From NCBI RefSeq assembly GCF_031769215.1, contig NW_026782116.1:372001-436000 (forward strand): a DNA stretch of 64,000 bases, written 5' to 3'. The translations under genes and the position numbers were made by a program. Shown here one piece after another: positions 24,712 through 39,008 of the stretch; the first letter of the stretch is position 1; each line of letters opens with the position of its first letter. A model generated the notes under the pieces. It saw only the letters and a list, made by a program, of their open reading frames with translations, had not been told where the DNA came from and made no database searches. Source of the DNA: Ylistrum balloti (taxonomy: Eukaryota).

Positions 24712-26139
24712 CTACAGGAAAACAACACAAGCAACAGGTTTTCTTTCGTATTTTATATTCGTTTACTTGTTACTTACCATACTTATACCTACATACGCTT
24801 TACTCCGTGTTTGTCGTTACCTCATTTTATGGACAATTTTCAAGCAAAAACACCACAAAACAAAACAAACTTGATCTTTAGGAATTAGAGTATTATCGGG
24901 TTCTAAATCAGTTCCTATGGACGGAAAGACACAAACACCATTAAGTATGATTGTCAACAATGACACACGCAGTGTTGGTCCCCATACCTTACTTGTTATT
25001 GCAGAGTTTCAGTCAATTATCTTTCACTGTCTGAAACTATGTGGAACTCGAGAAACAATGGAATTCCGAAAGATGAAAAATTGAGAAATGAAAACATCAC
25101 ATGCTGCGTAATTTTTCTTACCATTACTAGTTTGATATATATAACGATAACAGATTTGTTAAACTAATCCTCACCTCACTAATCAGTTTATATATTATCA
25201 ATAGATAACTCCTACTTCACTTAAAGGTCTTCACTTTTGATCTTCTACATTTTAATAATTCATAACACCTATTGGATAACGCATTAAGGCATACAGGAAC
25301 TTCTTAACTGCCTTTAATTTACCGATTGAACCAGATCTTTTTTTCTTGAATGAATCGTTGAATATTTCATGTTGCTTCCTGTTGGCCTTGATCTATTGGG
25401 TTGTTATTACGCCAAAGTTGACCGTAACCTTTGTTAGTGATAATGTAGCAAATGGAAGGTAGAACAACCGGTCTGGTCCCAATACTGTAACACTGATTAC
25501 TGGTTAGCAATGGCAAAACCATTATTACGTAACATTACTTGCTACATAAGATAAATATCTTCAGAAAGAAACTATTCATCTTATGTGTTGTCGGTTTTCC
25601 TTCCCATGTCGCCTCGATCTCCTATTACGTAGATTTTATAAGACACACAAGTGAATAGCACCTTTCAAAACAATTTAAAATCAAAAGTGTTTATTACCTT
25701 ATTAGGACATCTAGCACTATTCACTAATGCTTATGATCTAAATTTTGAAACGTTAAGCGATGTTATACAGACAACATAAGAAATATAAAGGAAATGCTGC
25801 AATGCTTTTTGGATTAAAACCAGAAATATAATTGCAATATTGCGTCATTATCCAGTGTCGCCAATTCAGATTATATTTCATATGGTAGTGTGGCGTAGTG
25901 AGAAGATATAGTTTTAACAGGCGGACTTAGTGTGATTTCTTCTTTGTATTCGGGATTCCTCTTACAAATCAAAAGTAATACATGTAATCATTCATTTCAA
26001 AAAGACACACGTTCTTAAAGTATCAAAGTGTGACATCCATAGGTTTATTTTTAGTTTTTAAGCAGAAAATATAATCAATTCTTTTATGTTCAAAATTGAA
26101 CAGTAATACAATGTAAACTAAAATATATCAACCAAACAT

Positions 26140-26640
26140 GTAACGGTACCAAAGTACACTGTTGACCATAGACTTGATCGAAAGTTACCATACAAACATA
26201 TATTGGTACAAAAGTACATTGTTGACCATAGACTTGATCGAAAGTTACCATACAAACATATATTGGTACAAAAGTACACTGTTGACCATAGACTTGATCG
26301 AAAGTTACCATACAAACATATATTGGTACAAAAGTACACTGTTGACCATAGACTTGATCGAAAGTTACCATACTAACACGTAACGGTACCAAGGTACCAT
26401 TTTTAACATAGACTTGATCGAAAGTTACTATACAAACATGTAACGGTACCAAAGTACAATGTTTAACACAGACTTGATCGAAAGTTACCATACTAACATG
26501 TAACGGTACCAAGGCACACTATTGACCGCAGACTTGATCGAAATGTACCATACTAACATGTACTGGTACAAAAGTACAATTTAGAACATAGATCGACCAA
26601 CATACACCAACACATGGCGGTACCAAGGTACGATTTGTGC
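26140..26640. repeat. Minisatellite, 60-bp unit, about 8 copies
   Basis: gttgaccatagacttgatcgaaagttaccatacaaacatatattggtacaaaagtacact repeated. Confidence 0.95.
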
Positions 26641-28001
26641 ATACAAGGCAGAAGTAATGACCTATTTCGATATGACAGAACAAAATTTACATGATGTACG
26701 AATGATATGCCGCAGTATACTCACGGACGCATGGGATTTAGATCCGAGTCCCCTGGTGTTAATTCTATGGCCACTTTCAAACTCCATACTGACAACTTGT
26801 GGTCGACCGTCAGAGGTCTTGATTTGTTTACATAAGTAAATTATCTAGTACATTAAAGCACTGCACACTTGAATACCATTACAGTTAAAACTGTAATAAC
26901 AGTATAAATCAGAAATATCAATCAGGCGACACTGTAATACTAGTTCACTAGTCCAATTGTTTTAAAGTTTGTGAACAAAAATATTCAGGTAAAAACACTA
27001 GTCCTATCCCATCTTACAGAGCACTGATACAAGTCCAGCAATAAATTCCATTTCACGAAACAAGCTATAATTTTCTTTATATGAGAAATCCCGTGCATGC
27101 ATTGTTCAGGTTATCTCCGCATTGAACAAGTTGGTGGACTGATGGAAAGAAATTAACTCCATTATGGAATACAAGAAAGTATCCAACATCTCGAGTTTGA
27201 TTGTCAATTATATAACCAGGTATTCTAGGCAATATTCTCTGACTAAATGAACAAATGATTATACTTTAAGTCAAGTATCATTCATGTTGGAAAAAATCTC
27301 GTTTTGGACATCACCATATATCATATTGTATCAACAGGTGAAGGTCCGATAAATGCCCGGTAACTTCGGGTACATCATACATGACTCCTGTCATCTTTTG
27401 CTTATATAATGCGATACGCCAAGACAAAACCGTCTTGCCAGTTCCGATCTATGTCACACACAAACGTAGCACACTATTACTAGTATTGTATCTGTATTTC
27501 CGTGCCTTACGAGGAGATAAAACCTAAATCTACAATGTTGCAGGTCGTATTGTGTACTTTAGTGTATCGTTAATCTAATGATTGATGAATTATTAAACAA
27601 ACACCTTACTATTAGGTGTTTAGTCTGGACGTCTGTTCCAAATTACCAGAAATTGATTAGGTAAGAGAACACGAGCTAATTACCGACCTTATGACTTTAT
27701 CATATACCCCGTGCATACCGGTTGGTAATGTATTGGTCCATCCAATACCTGGGCCCTAGACACAGGTATACTAGTTACACACTAATACACGTCTGTCACT
27801 TAATAATGATCTACGGCAGTAATGATACTTGACTAATGTAGCATTATTGTTTGGGGGTTTTATGTCTTTTGATGTTAAACAGATTAGATATCATCTTGGA
27901 TGCAGCCGACACCGTTGTCCGTTATGATAATACAAATACCACAACACTGCCCTTTATCAATGACGGGACGTAAGAGTCGTTGTTTATTCATATTTGTACC
28001 C

Positions 28002-28410
28002 CCAGATCGAAAGATCGAGGGCATATTGTTTTTGTTGGTCTATTGTCAACTTTAACCTTGCCCACAACTTTTGCACTGTAAGAAGTAGGGCTTTTATATC
28101 TAGCATGCATATTCTTTGAGACAAGACCTTTTTTGATCATATGACCTTGACTGTGACCTTGGACCTACATATGAAAAATGTTAACATTGGTCATGACTAT
28201 TGCATGGTAAGAAGTAGGGCTTTCATATTTGGCATGTGTTTCTTGTACCAAAATTTTTAGTCACGTGACCTTGACCATGACCTTTGACCAACATTTGTAA
28301 TGAAGTAAAATAATCTAACCACAATTAAGACGTCAGTGTTTCACAAAATGTGTATGCAATCAGAATTAGTTGCAACCAAGGGCCTATTGTTTCACAAACA
28401 TATCTTGATT
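28002..28410 (-). mobile_element. HINE-like (Helentron-associated) element
   Basis: Terminal hairpin cccccagatcgaaagatcgagggc, internal tgaccttgac repeats and the opposite end gtttcacaaacatatcttg. Confidence 0.65.
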
Positions 28411-31400
28411 CTCGTATTTTTCTTTTTTCGATGAAGAAAAAAATGGCGACTTTTTGTTATGAAAACTACATACTACAAACGTACACATTTCAGTGTTAAC
28501 ATTACTTTTGCGTTTTTTGTGTTTAAAGTATGGCGATGAAATATTATTCTGCTTCTATATATTGCTTATTTATTGCAGTTATTACTGATGTACGAATTCA
28601 TCATTGCGCTGATTTGAGTGAGCTAAAATGAACTAAAGTCTGATTGTGTTACATCAATAACGCTTACATTACACTGTTGTAAGGCCTAGAGCCACATCTT
28701 TTGTCAAAATAAGTCATACCAAACTTTGTGACATGCTCCATTGTTTGGTGGAATGATAGTGCAACCTTTGCAGCTGATATAGCATAGGTAAGATAGAGAT
28801 TAGGCGGCAGGGAAGAATACAGAGTGCGATATCAATCCGATATACGGTCGCTTTGTACTACTCTGATGCTAAACGTAATGAAAACAAAACTGTACTAAAG
28901 AATATATCACATTAAGGATGCCCCCCACCACCGACTTCGAAACAGTAGGATTTAAATGTACCAAATAGGGCGATTTTGTATTTTACAGCTGTGGGAAAAA
29001 TGTCTATTTATTCGAAATAAAAATATGAAAAGATGGAAAAGCCGAATTTGACAGATGAAAGTATTATAGCCACTCTAATTAACAGTGAATCTGATAATAT
29101 TGGGATATACATTAAAATAAAACATGTTATTAGCTTCAAGGTATAAATTTCTCTCACGCTATGTTTACTTCATCCATGCATGCAAGATTACATTTACCTC
29201 GTGCATAAACGTACTTCCTCCTTCACTATTGTAGTATTCAGTAGACTATAAATCATGTGTATCGATACCATCACGGATGGTAATCAATGATTTATATCCG
29301 TGGTATTCGCGGATATTCCTATCAGAAATGGAAACAAATTAATATGACTCTGAACCATATTTACCATGACAAGGAGTGGCTCATATAAAAGCTTGCTTTT
29401 AGCTTATACTATTGCATTCCATATCACGTACGTAACGTATGATTAAAAAATGCGATACCGGGGAAAGCGTCCATGGCTATATATAGCAAGAAGGAAATAG
29501 AAACAAAACTTCAAATAGATCATGATTGATATCCCAATTCTTTATATATGTTATTGAGGTTTAAAAACAAAAACAATAAATAAATCAAATAAACACACAA
29601 GTACTTAAGTGCATGATTTGTGTAACTACATATGGTCCTTTTAGCCCCGTTTGTGCGGTTGCATCCCAGCCTCAACAGCGGTATGTTACCTAAATTTTAC
29701 ATTGATTGGAATGCACGCACTATAAATATCAGCGTACCTATATTTGTATCACAGGTAACATTTCTTTGAGTCAAAGACTGTTTGTTTTGTTGAAGAAGGC
29801 TTTTCTATAATATTTTATGATTTCTTTTCCCGAACACTGCATTATGCATTAGTATGGATCTTCACCTTAAGTGAACAAACTTTACAATGCTAGAACGAAA
29901 AAATATAAACTTCATCATCTATCACAAGGGGTTATCAAAGCATATTCGAAAATACAAAGATTCTGAGAAAAAGTGTGAGTGGTTTTTTCCATCAATATGT
30001 GGTATGTGTCGCACAATGCATCCTCCCTGTTATTCCCGACTACGTGACGTACACTAGAAATAATTAAGATATAGACGAGAGTGGCGCAGCATGGAAATGA
30101 TGCACAATAAAATATCTTCATTACGTATTGATTTTCACCCACCATTCATGGTCTGTTCTCCAGAATAAGACGTTTTCTTTAATAAAATAATAAATCCTAC
30201 TGGTTTTAATATCTAGATAAATACATGTTTTGATGAATGACAATACTTTCACGACTGATTTTCGAAGATAGATGTCAATTGTCATGCTACTCAAACTACC
30301 TTTGAAAAAATAGCCCTGGAAATAAGCAGGAGTGAAATTAAGTAATAACATATGTGCTAAAACATTTTAAACCATAGGCCAAATTGAAGAAAACAGGGAA
30401 TAAGTTAAGCTAAATTGGTACGAATGTGTTCTGAGAAAGGTGATAACTTTAAGTTCTTCAACTAGTCCTATTACCAACCTTATTGGTTACATGTATAGCC
30501 AGTATCGTCGATAGAAACGATGTTATAACTTCAAATCAACATCATTTATGTTGATATGTTTACATTTTTACTTCTTTAAAATGTACCAATTCTTTGAATT
30601 ATTCTGATGGCTGCCACAATGTGCTCGAGATGAGTGCGTTCGCTTTAGACAAAATCGCTTCCATGCTACAATCATATCCGGGAACCACAGTATTCTCCTA
30701 ATGTGAGAATTAAGACTTTAACTTCTTACCCTAGTAGTAAGTAATTGTATATGCTACGTCTTCTATGATACGGATATTAATTTTATTATTCGTCCTTGGC
30801 AGAACCTTGTCTATCTATAAATACGTAAACAAGTCTATCGTATGTGATGGAGATGATACAAGCACTGAGTTATATATATTTCCCCCTGTCAATAAAGAAG
30901 GATATGTTTTGTGGCTCTTTTTCGGAATAAACAACATTATCAATGCATTTCTATGTGTCTTACTTCCACTTGGGAATAACAACTAAGTTATTAATGCCAA
31001 TATAACTGGGCTCCAGGCAAAAGAAATAACAAATCCGCAGGGAAATTAATAACGTATGTCACTATATACACAAGAAGGCCATTATGTTGACGGTTAACGC
31101 CGTACGGGTAGAAGAGATGTTAGTCAGTGGAAAGAAGTAACCATTTCGATAATAAAGGGAGTGGTTTTAGAAAAAAAAATATAATTTTGTTCATTACTAT
31201 GGAACAGATAATTGCAAAGTTCTGCATATTTCATAAAAGTGTTAAAATTTGTACAAGTCTACTCTGGGCCATAGTTATAAACTTAGCAAATGGAGCTATC
31301 TCAAGTAACTCACTGGTTCAAGATAACGCTCATTTAAAGGTAAACATAAAGATGTCAAATCCGCGACCTTTGAGCTGTATCTTTGTTAGTGGGTAAAAAC

Positions 31401-31719
31401 AATATTTCAGGTAACTCGACTTTGGAAAAAAGTCCAAGATAATCATGTTTATTATGATGTCAACATAGGCTTTCAGTGGACTCATTATATTAAATGCCTT
31501 CCATTACTGTGATATCGTTTAACCAAACACGTCAGGCAGTCATCCGCTTTACTTTGTGTAAAGTTTATTGTTGTAAAATACTTGCAGACTTTGTATGCAG
31601 ACTTTGTGGTATATCAAAATTCTTTACATCTTTCATCTTTCACAAAATGTCATTACTATGTTATGGCTTGTACTTCCTAGTAAACATACATGTAATTTGA
31701 ACTTTCTGTCCTGAATTTT

Positions 31720-32345
31720 TCACATTGAGACATAAAACTTAATTCCAAAATGTTTGTCTTACAAAAAAATATCAATATTGAATTGATTAAATTATCAAAA
31801 CAACAATAATTGCTAATGTTAACTGATTCTAACACAACTCTATAGGACATGTTAAAATCATATTTAAGACCCATCATTAGACCATTTATGCAAAACTGTT
31901 TCCCTTCTCCAAATGATGCTCTGACCAAATTTGGCCACAAAACCTTCACCAAAAACAGAAGAAGAAGAAGGATTTTAAAGGTTTTGCCTAATTCCTTTAT
32001 TGACCCTGCCTCTATGTCCTGTATGAGTGACAGACCCACTGTTTATACACAAGTGAATCCTGTTCACTTTATGATACTTCAGCTCAAAAGAAGAAGGATT
32101 TGAAAGAACTTGCTAGATTAATTCCTCTGTTTGGCCTTGTCCCTCACGCTCCGGAGAGGGTGGAGGCAGGTGTTGGGTTCAAGGCCCATCTGCTAGTAAA
32201 AAAATCTGCTTTCCCTGAGGATGCTTTTGATCAAATTTCGCTAGCCTTATCAGAAGTTTACGACTACAAGTGATTCGTAGAAAATATGAACGGGCGACAG
32301 ACGCTGCGATATGTCTAAAAATGACGCTATGACGTTAGGTAATCA
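31720..32345 (+). mobile_element. Degenerate HINE-like element
   Basis: ccaaatttggcc, gaagaagaaggattttaaa and ggacgacagacg-like blocks shared with the other copies; ends poorly defined. Confidence 0.4.
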
Positions 32346-33459
32346 TGATTAACTGCTGTGTCAAGACTTGGATACTAGTAAAAAGGAATCGATGTGAAAA
32401 ACATGTAATAACATTCTACTCATCCATACGTTAACGTGTGTCAACAAACAAGAAATTTTAAGAGAGCGGATTTCAACGTCATCAGACATTTCCATACAAT
32501 AAATATCTATATTTGGTATACAAGGAGCCATGACTGAGGTGAATATGGGGCTGTCTGTGGAAAGACAAACTCATAAACTCATTCGGCTGTGTATTATAAC
32601 AGCGTGCTTTATGATCCTGTAGCTGATACAAAATACATCACCCACAAGTTCGTTACATGTTCTTAAAATATCCTTGTATCTGTAGGTAGCAGGTTCGTTT
32701 GTTTGCTGGGTTCATTGACCCGTGAACAACCAGGATCATTTTGAGGCTATTTTTTGTAGTAGCTGGCGATTACCTCACTACACATCAGGCGTCAAATGAG
32801 GTAAAATGTCTTTCTTAAGGACACAACTATGAAACCTCAGCATCCTTTGACACAACAATTCGTCCTCGGTAGGGATTAAATCACATACCTCACAGCCAAT
32901 GGGCTATTGCGACCCTATAAGGGTTGGCATTCTACTGAGAAAATAATGTTGACCACAAAATGTTATTACATCATGTTGTATGTGCTCGTCTACAACAAAT
33001 TGTTCTTTAGAATGAACAAGACTCATCGTAGTTAATATCATTGTCGAATCAAAACAGCTATTTCATTTATTTTTCTAACTAAAAATCTTGTAGCGAATAG
33101 CATTGCAAATTTCCTTATGAGATATTAAGAATGCTAGTCACTGAATTACAAAAAATACCCATGACATCTGAAGGAACCCATAACTGTCTGGTAGGACGTT
33201 TATGCGTTCTTTACAAAACGTAACTACATATTATGGTATCCTGCAGCCGCATCGAGATGAAAAAAACCACACATAGGTTATCTAGCCATTCTCTTATTCT
33301 ACAAGCCAGCGTCTAGGTCACAGTCACAAGCAAGTCAATAATTAATGTTCACAAACATAAGGACATCGCATCTTTGCACAGAGAGTAAATCTGCTGACAC
33401 TCTCGATATATTGCAAACGGATGTAACAAAATATAGCGCCGTTTCCCCAATACTTGATA

Positions 33460-33555
33460 TGATTACAATGGACATTGTCTACAAGCTGTATCATTGTAAG
33501 CTATTGAAACTTGGGTTAGGGGTAATATGTTATAGTATCTGGCCGATTTCAAATT
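33460..33555 (+). pseudogene. Short degenerate LINE (CR1/L2-type) RT fragment
   Basis: DIV…KLLKLG, then after a frameshift RGNML*YLADF, resembling AFDxV…LLxKL…G(I/V)RG…FL. Confidence 0.35.
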
Positions 33556-33881
33556 CTTTTAATGACTCAAATGACCCTAAACGTCATGTGAACTGCACAG
33601 GTCAATGCTAATACGATATTTCAAAATGTGTTGTAAACATCAAAACTTGTTATACTGATGTGTTTGCTCTGGGGAATTATGCACCGAATGCCGTACATTT
33701 GCGATTTTTCCAAAAGCAATTAAGTAGTAATGTGTATTTTTCATGCACATACCATGCGTTTTACAGTTTTCTAAAGGCATGGTCGAGCCGGTGCTTCTCT
33801 TCACGAGGCCGATCCATTTACTTGGTAGTATTATTATTATCATTTTATGTACGTTTTATTCTGCTCTTCATCTTGTTAATA

Positions 33882-34122
33882 GGGTCCGCGGTGATCGAGA
33901 GGTTTACGCGTCTGACCGTCTTTGTCAGTACCATTCCATCTCGTGGTTGAGGGCTCGAGACCTTCGAGGGGCAATCGCCAGGTACTGGTCACTGGTTTGT
34001 GGTTTTTCTCCATGAACTCCAGTTTTTCTCCGGGAACTCCAGTTTTTCATCACCATCCAAACCTGGCATGGCCTTAAATGACCCTGGCTGTTAATAGGTA
34101 GTAAAGCTATGCTAAACTAAAC
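33882..34122 (+). mobile_element. tRNA-derived SINE with V-domain-like core
   Basis: A-box-like cgcggtgatcgagagg; B-box-like ggctcgagacc; V-like ggtttttctccgggaactccagttt (locally duplicated); tail ctggctgttaatagg…aaactaaac. Confidence 0.7.
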
Positions 34123-34436
34123 TCATCTCATTAATAATTAGACAGCAATTGACTTATTAATGGTCAGTAGATTATTACTACTTATTGGCCCTTCACACCT
34201 GTCGTTACAGTGTCTATCGATTTCAGGTTAATACCCTTCTCCGTCTATCTATTGTACACTTCAGATGTTTTTCTCTGCCGAATTCACTTTAGCCTTATTA
34301 AACAGAATCACAGTACTGATGTGTATAAACTTGACAGGAATCATTCACTCATAAACAAATTCAGTAGCTATAATTAACAAAAACATGTTGGTATCGGTTT
34401 GGTAGGTTATCAAGGCTTCAGTAATTAGGTCCGGCG

Positions 34437-34466
34437 AGTAAGTAAGTAAGTAAGTAAGTAAGTAAG
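34437..34466. repeat. (AGTA)n microsatellite
   Basis: About 7 perfect units. Confidence 0.95.
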
Positions 34467-34771
34467 AGTTCCTTCACAGCTGAGGCACCTTTCGTTCCGT
34501 AGCTTAACTGTGATCGGCTAACTGTAATGTCCCTTGGTAGCGTTGCTGTTTTCATGTGTCAATTACGAAGCCCGTAATTGAATCAAAATCCATACATGTT
34601 TAATCAAAGGTCGATTAGATATAGTTCAACAGTCCCATATTCGACTGCTCAAAGTTTGATAAGCATGTTTACCATCATAGTCTCAATAAATAACACAGAT
34701 ACCGCACTTACATCTTTAAAATGAAACCCTGAAATACTGGTAAAAATTGTAATACTATCGTACAAAAAGGT

Positions 34772-34875
34772 CGCAGACCACTTTAGTGATGTCGGTAAAA
34801 CAGAGAGATCGCAGACCACTTTAGTGATGTCTGTAAAACAGTGAGATCGCAGACCACTTTTAGTAATGTCTGTTA
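34772..34875. repeat. 38-bp tandem repeat, about 3 copies
   Basis: cgcagaccactttagtgatgtc… at 34772, 34810 and 34848. Confidence 0.9.
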
Positions 34876-36251
34876 AGCCTTGCGGAGGAAAAAAATCTAC
34901 AATGTTCACCACAAGTCTGACATAGTTGTAAGATAGATAAAATATAGGTAGTAAAAACGGATTTCTGATCATACGATTCAATTTAGAAAATAAGAATCAT
35001 TATTTTGTCTAAAGTGTGACACAGTGGTAGGTGTGTCACGACAAAGTTCATGGTGTTTCATAAAAGTACAATTGTGTATCATAATATAGTGACATGGATA
35101 CCCTAACTGAAGAGAAACGGGAAAAAAATCGATTCTGAGTCTGTGATCAAGTCCGTATCATCCTGTTTGAAGTTAAACCCTAATGACATGGGAACATTGT
35201 GTCATCCTAATCAGTCGCTATGTTGGTTACACGCCGTGTTGTTAATTATTTTATAAACATATACACGGACGGGACAACATCCTTGTTCTGATGAACTCGG
35301 TGTCATGGTTACCCCGCTGATAACAGTAAAGCTGTCAAAGTATTTGATTTAATTTCCAATATTAAAAAATTGAATCAAATGATCCAGGTATGTACTGCAT
35401 AAAACACAACCAATCAATTTCATAATGAATATATTGGTGTATGAAAACAACATAACGATACAAAAAAAAAAATAAGTTCTCAGCGCTCAAAAATGTTTGT
35501 TTGGAGTAACAAATTGAAGTATATCTTTGCTATAAAACTCCGGCACTCACTATCAGTCTAACGCTTCAGTTCCTTCAGTTTCATTCTTCTGTCGTAATTT
35601 TAGTCTATATCTAGTTTCAGGTATAACAGTGTCATCATGATGTCTTATTGGTAGAAGATACATCACTTCATAGAAAAAAATACTCCCAACTTCCATTACT
35701 AGCAATTTTACATAGAAATGTTTTACGAGGAAGACTAGGCTCATTTTCTATCCTGATTTAGATACACATAAACTCATTTTATTCGAATTAAAGTATCTGA
35801 CTTCTATAATACACATACCCAATAGGACGTCTATGTTGTTAACAAACTACTTGTTAAAACACATCTACTTGTGAAAATCTGGCTTGAATGATGATTCCCA
35901 TTATCAAAAATAGAATTGTTGTTTAAACATTTCGAAATGATTATAGTATCGATAAAAAGATAAAAACAAAGTTAAAAATTACGCACACCACAACGAGTAC
36001 ATTTATGAGCTCGAAATTTTCCTGGACATGTTGGTATACTGTACAAAGTTGCTAAAAATAGTGTCGCTTCATACTTCACAGTTTTTTTATTGTTTATTCG
36101 TGAAATGTATATAGATATTAGTAATCACAATGAATAACTCTTATCAAATGGCCGCTCTATATTAATACTGATTGTACAAAAGATACACCGTTCAATAACA
36201 ACTTTCAATACAAAGTTAGAATTAGAAACAGTAAAAGTAAAAATAATTAAA

Positions 36252-36299
36252 CTACGTCCTACAGCTGTTTCGTCAACTTAGGACTCGTTAGTGTTACTA
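36252..36299 (-). ncRNA. Degenerate single hammerhead ribozyme motif of the same repeat family
   Basis: Minus strand CUAACGA-GUC(CUAAGUU)GAC-GAAA-CAGCUG-UA-GGACGUAG; G5 is changed to A and stem I is broken; both flanks resemble those of the 3333-3556 array. Confidence 0.55.
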
Positions 36300-36469
36300 A
36301 GGGCCTAAATTTTGGAACCTACGGAGACCGAGGGAAGTTGAAATTAAGGAATGTCAAAATTTTGATGATGAATTACATTAGCCATGATTAAATCACTTTC
36401 GTAATTTCATTTATCTGATAACTTCAAAATGTGCAACTATTCGGATAACTTAAAACATTAAAAATGTCT

Positions 36470-38150
36470 ATAGTGTCCTCTCAATAAGCTATCTTACAGT
36501 ATCACCGATGTCCTCTCAATAGGCTATCTTATAGTGTCAGTGGTGTCCTTGCAATAAGCTATCTTATAGTGTCAGTGGTGTCCCCTCAATGTTCTGTCTT
36601 ATAGTGTCAGTGGTGTCCTCTCAATAAGCTATCTTACAGTGTCAGTTGTGTCCTTGCAATAAGCTATCTTATAGTGTCAGTGGTGTCCTCTCAATGTTCT
36701 GTCTTATAGTGTCCTCTCAATGTTCTGTCTTATAGTGTCAGTGGTGTCCTCTCAATAAGCCATCTTACAGTGTCAGTTGTGTCCTTGCAATAAGCTATCT
36801 TATAGTGCCAGTGGTGTCCTCTCAATGTTCTGTCTTATGGTGTCAGTGGTGTCCTCTCAATGTTCTGTCTTATAGTGTCACCGATGTCCTCTCAATGTTC
36901 TGTCTTATATTGTCCTCTCAATGGGCTGTCTTATAGTGTCAGTGGTGTCCTTTCAATGTTCTGTCTTATGGTGTCAGTGGTGTCCTCTCAATGTTCTGTC
37001 TTATAGTGTCACCGATGTCCTCTCAATGTTCTGTCTTATAGTGCCAGTGGTGTCCTTTCAATGTTCTGTCTTATGGTGTCAGTGGTGTCCTCTCAATGTT
37101 CTGTCTTATAGCGTCACCGATGTCCTCTCAATGTTCTGTCTTATAGTGTCCTCTCAATGGGCTGTCTTATAGTGTCAGTGGTGTCCTCTCAATGTTCTGT
37201 CTTATAGTGTCAGCGGTGTCCTCTCAATGTTCTGTCTTATAGTGTCACCGATGTCCTCTCAATGTTCTGTCTTATAGTGTCCTCTCAATGGGCTGTCTTA
37301 TAGTGCCAGTGGTGTCCTTTCAATGTTCTGTCTTATGGTGTCAGTGGTGTCCTCTCAATGTTCTGTCTTATAGTGTCACCGATGTCCTGTCAATGTTCTG
37401 TCTTATAGTGCCAGTGGTGTCCTTTCAATGTTCTGTCTTATGGTGTCAGTGGTGTCCTCTCAATGTTCTGTCTTATAGCGTCACCGATGTCCTCTCAATG
37501 TTCTGTCTTATAGTGTCCTCTCAATGGGCTGTCTTATAGTGTCAGTGGTGTCCTCTCAATGTTCTGTCTTATAGTGTCAGCGGTGTCCTCTCAATGTTCT
37601 GTCTTATAGTGTCACCGATGTCCTCTTAATGTTCTGTATTATAGTGTCCTCTCAATGGGCTGTCTTATAGTGTCAGCGGTGTCCTCTCAATAAGCTATCT
37701 TATAGTGTCAGCGGTGTCCTCTCAATTAGCTATCTTATAGTGTCAGCGGTGTCCTCTCAATTAGCTATCTTATAGTGTCAGCGGTGTCCTCTCAATAAGC
37801 TATCTTATAGTGTCAGCGGTGTCCTCTCAATGTTCTGTCTTATAGTGTCACCGATGTCCTCTCAATGTTCTGTCTTATAGTGTCCTCTCAATGGGCTGTC
37901 TTATAGTGTCAGTAGTGTCCTCTCAATGTTCTGTCTTATAGTGTCAGTGGTGTCCTCTCAATGTTCTGTCTTATAGTGTCAGCGGTGTCCTCTCAATAAG
38001 CTATCTTATAGTGTCAGCGGTGTCCTCTCAATGGGCTGTCTTATAGTGTCAGTGGTGTCCTCTCAATGTTCTGTCTTATAGTGTCAGTGGTGTCCTCTCA
38101 ATGGGCTGTCTTATAGTGTCAGTGGTGTCCTCTCAATGGGCTATTTTATA
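36470..38150. repeat. Minisatellite, 35-bp unit with a 26-bp deletion variant and higher-order duplications
   Basis: tagtgtcagtggtgtcctctcaatgttctgtctta; blocks starting 36921 and 37288 are near-identical. Confidence 0.95.
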
Positions 38151-39008
38151 GGATGACATTGTTCTTCAAAAGAAAACGATATAAACAGTATGTGCTTGTT
38201 GTTTGGTGAATGTCGGTTAAACAAATCTCAAAAAGCATTTTACTTACGTTGTCGAGGTATCAGACCCGCATAATAGTGTCACAATCCCTACCGGACAAGT
38301 AGTCAGATTAATAACAATAGTTCCAAGCACGTTTTTCTGGATTACAGGTATAATCTTGCTCATCACACCGTCAGCATCCGTTGTCAGGTAACGAGCGTGG
38401 CACGATGAATTATAGCTCATTATATCTCATCCAAGCGTGTCTGGGCGGGGTATGCATTACAGCCATGCACGAGTACGTAGAAACGCTCTAAAGCTCCATA
38501 ACAGGAACTAGATCGACATTAAAAAATAAAAGTAATTATGAATAGATAATTAACCACTGGAGTATTCGGTTGGTAGTGTCGTCGTGAAATTGCACTGAAC
38601 ATATCTCATAATGTAATTTCCACTGAATTATACAAGAGTAATATTCATTGAAGGACGAAGGCTTGTGCTTATCTTTTTTTTCTATTGAAAGTTGACTAAA
38701 ATAATACGGTGAGACTTTTACGAAAATAAGTAAGAATTTCAAATATTGGTGACGTATATTCCCATGTGTACTCGTGCGCATGCCATTAATTCTCTCCTGT
38801 GTAATCAATATTGTTTACTGCATTTCTGACAGACATGATTTCTTGTTTGCTTGTAAACCAATAAAACACAAGACTCTGAAATGATAATTTGAGTCCGCGT
38901 GTCGGATTCAATTATGTAACCTTTCACACTTCAATAGATCAGCACCAATTATATATATTGCACTTAATAACCTTACAATTTTAACATACATTTTATTAGT
39001 TTGACATT

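Noticed and set aside
25500-25520. X-box-like ggttagcaatggcaaaacc upstream of IQCM
   Set aside because: Imperfect half-sites and non-canonical spacing; the transcription start is unknown.
27100-27330. Possible RT fragment (EYL/GYIIDNQ) on the minus strand
   Set aside because: Too short and frameshifted to assign.
30765-30986. 73-aa ORF with a hydrophobic N-terminus
   Set aside because: Background AT composition; no domain or splice support.
38245-38425. Minus-strand 58-codon frame ending at a perfect gtaagt, plus a kringle-like YTCNPEKRAWNYC in another frame
   Set aside because: No convincing downstream exon; the kringle-like stretch is stop-bounded and lacks the rest of the domain. It could be a non-coding 5' exon, but that is unsupported.
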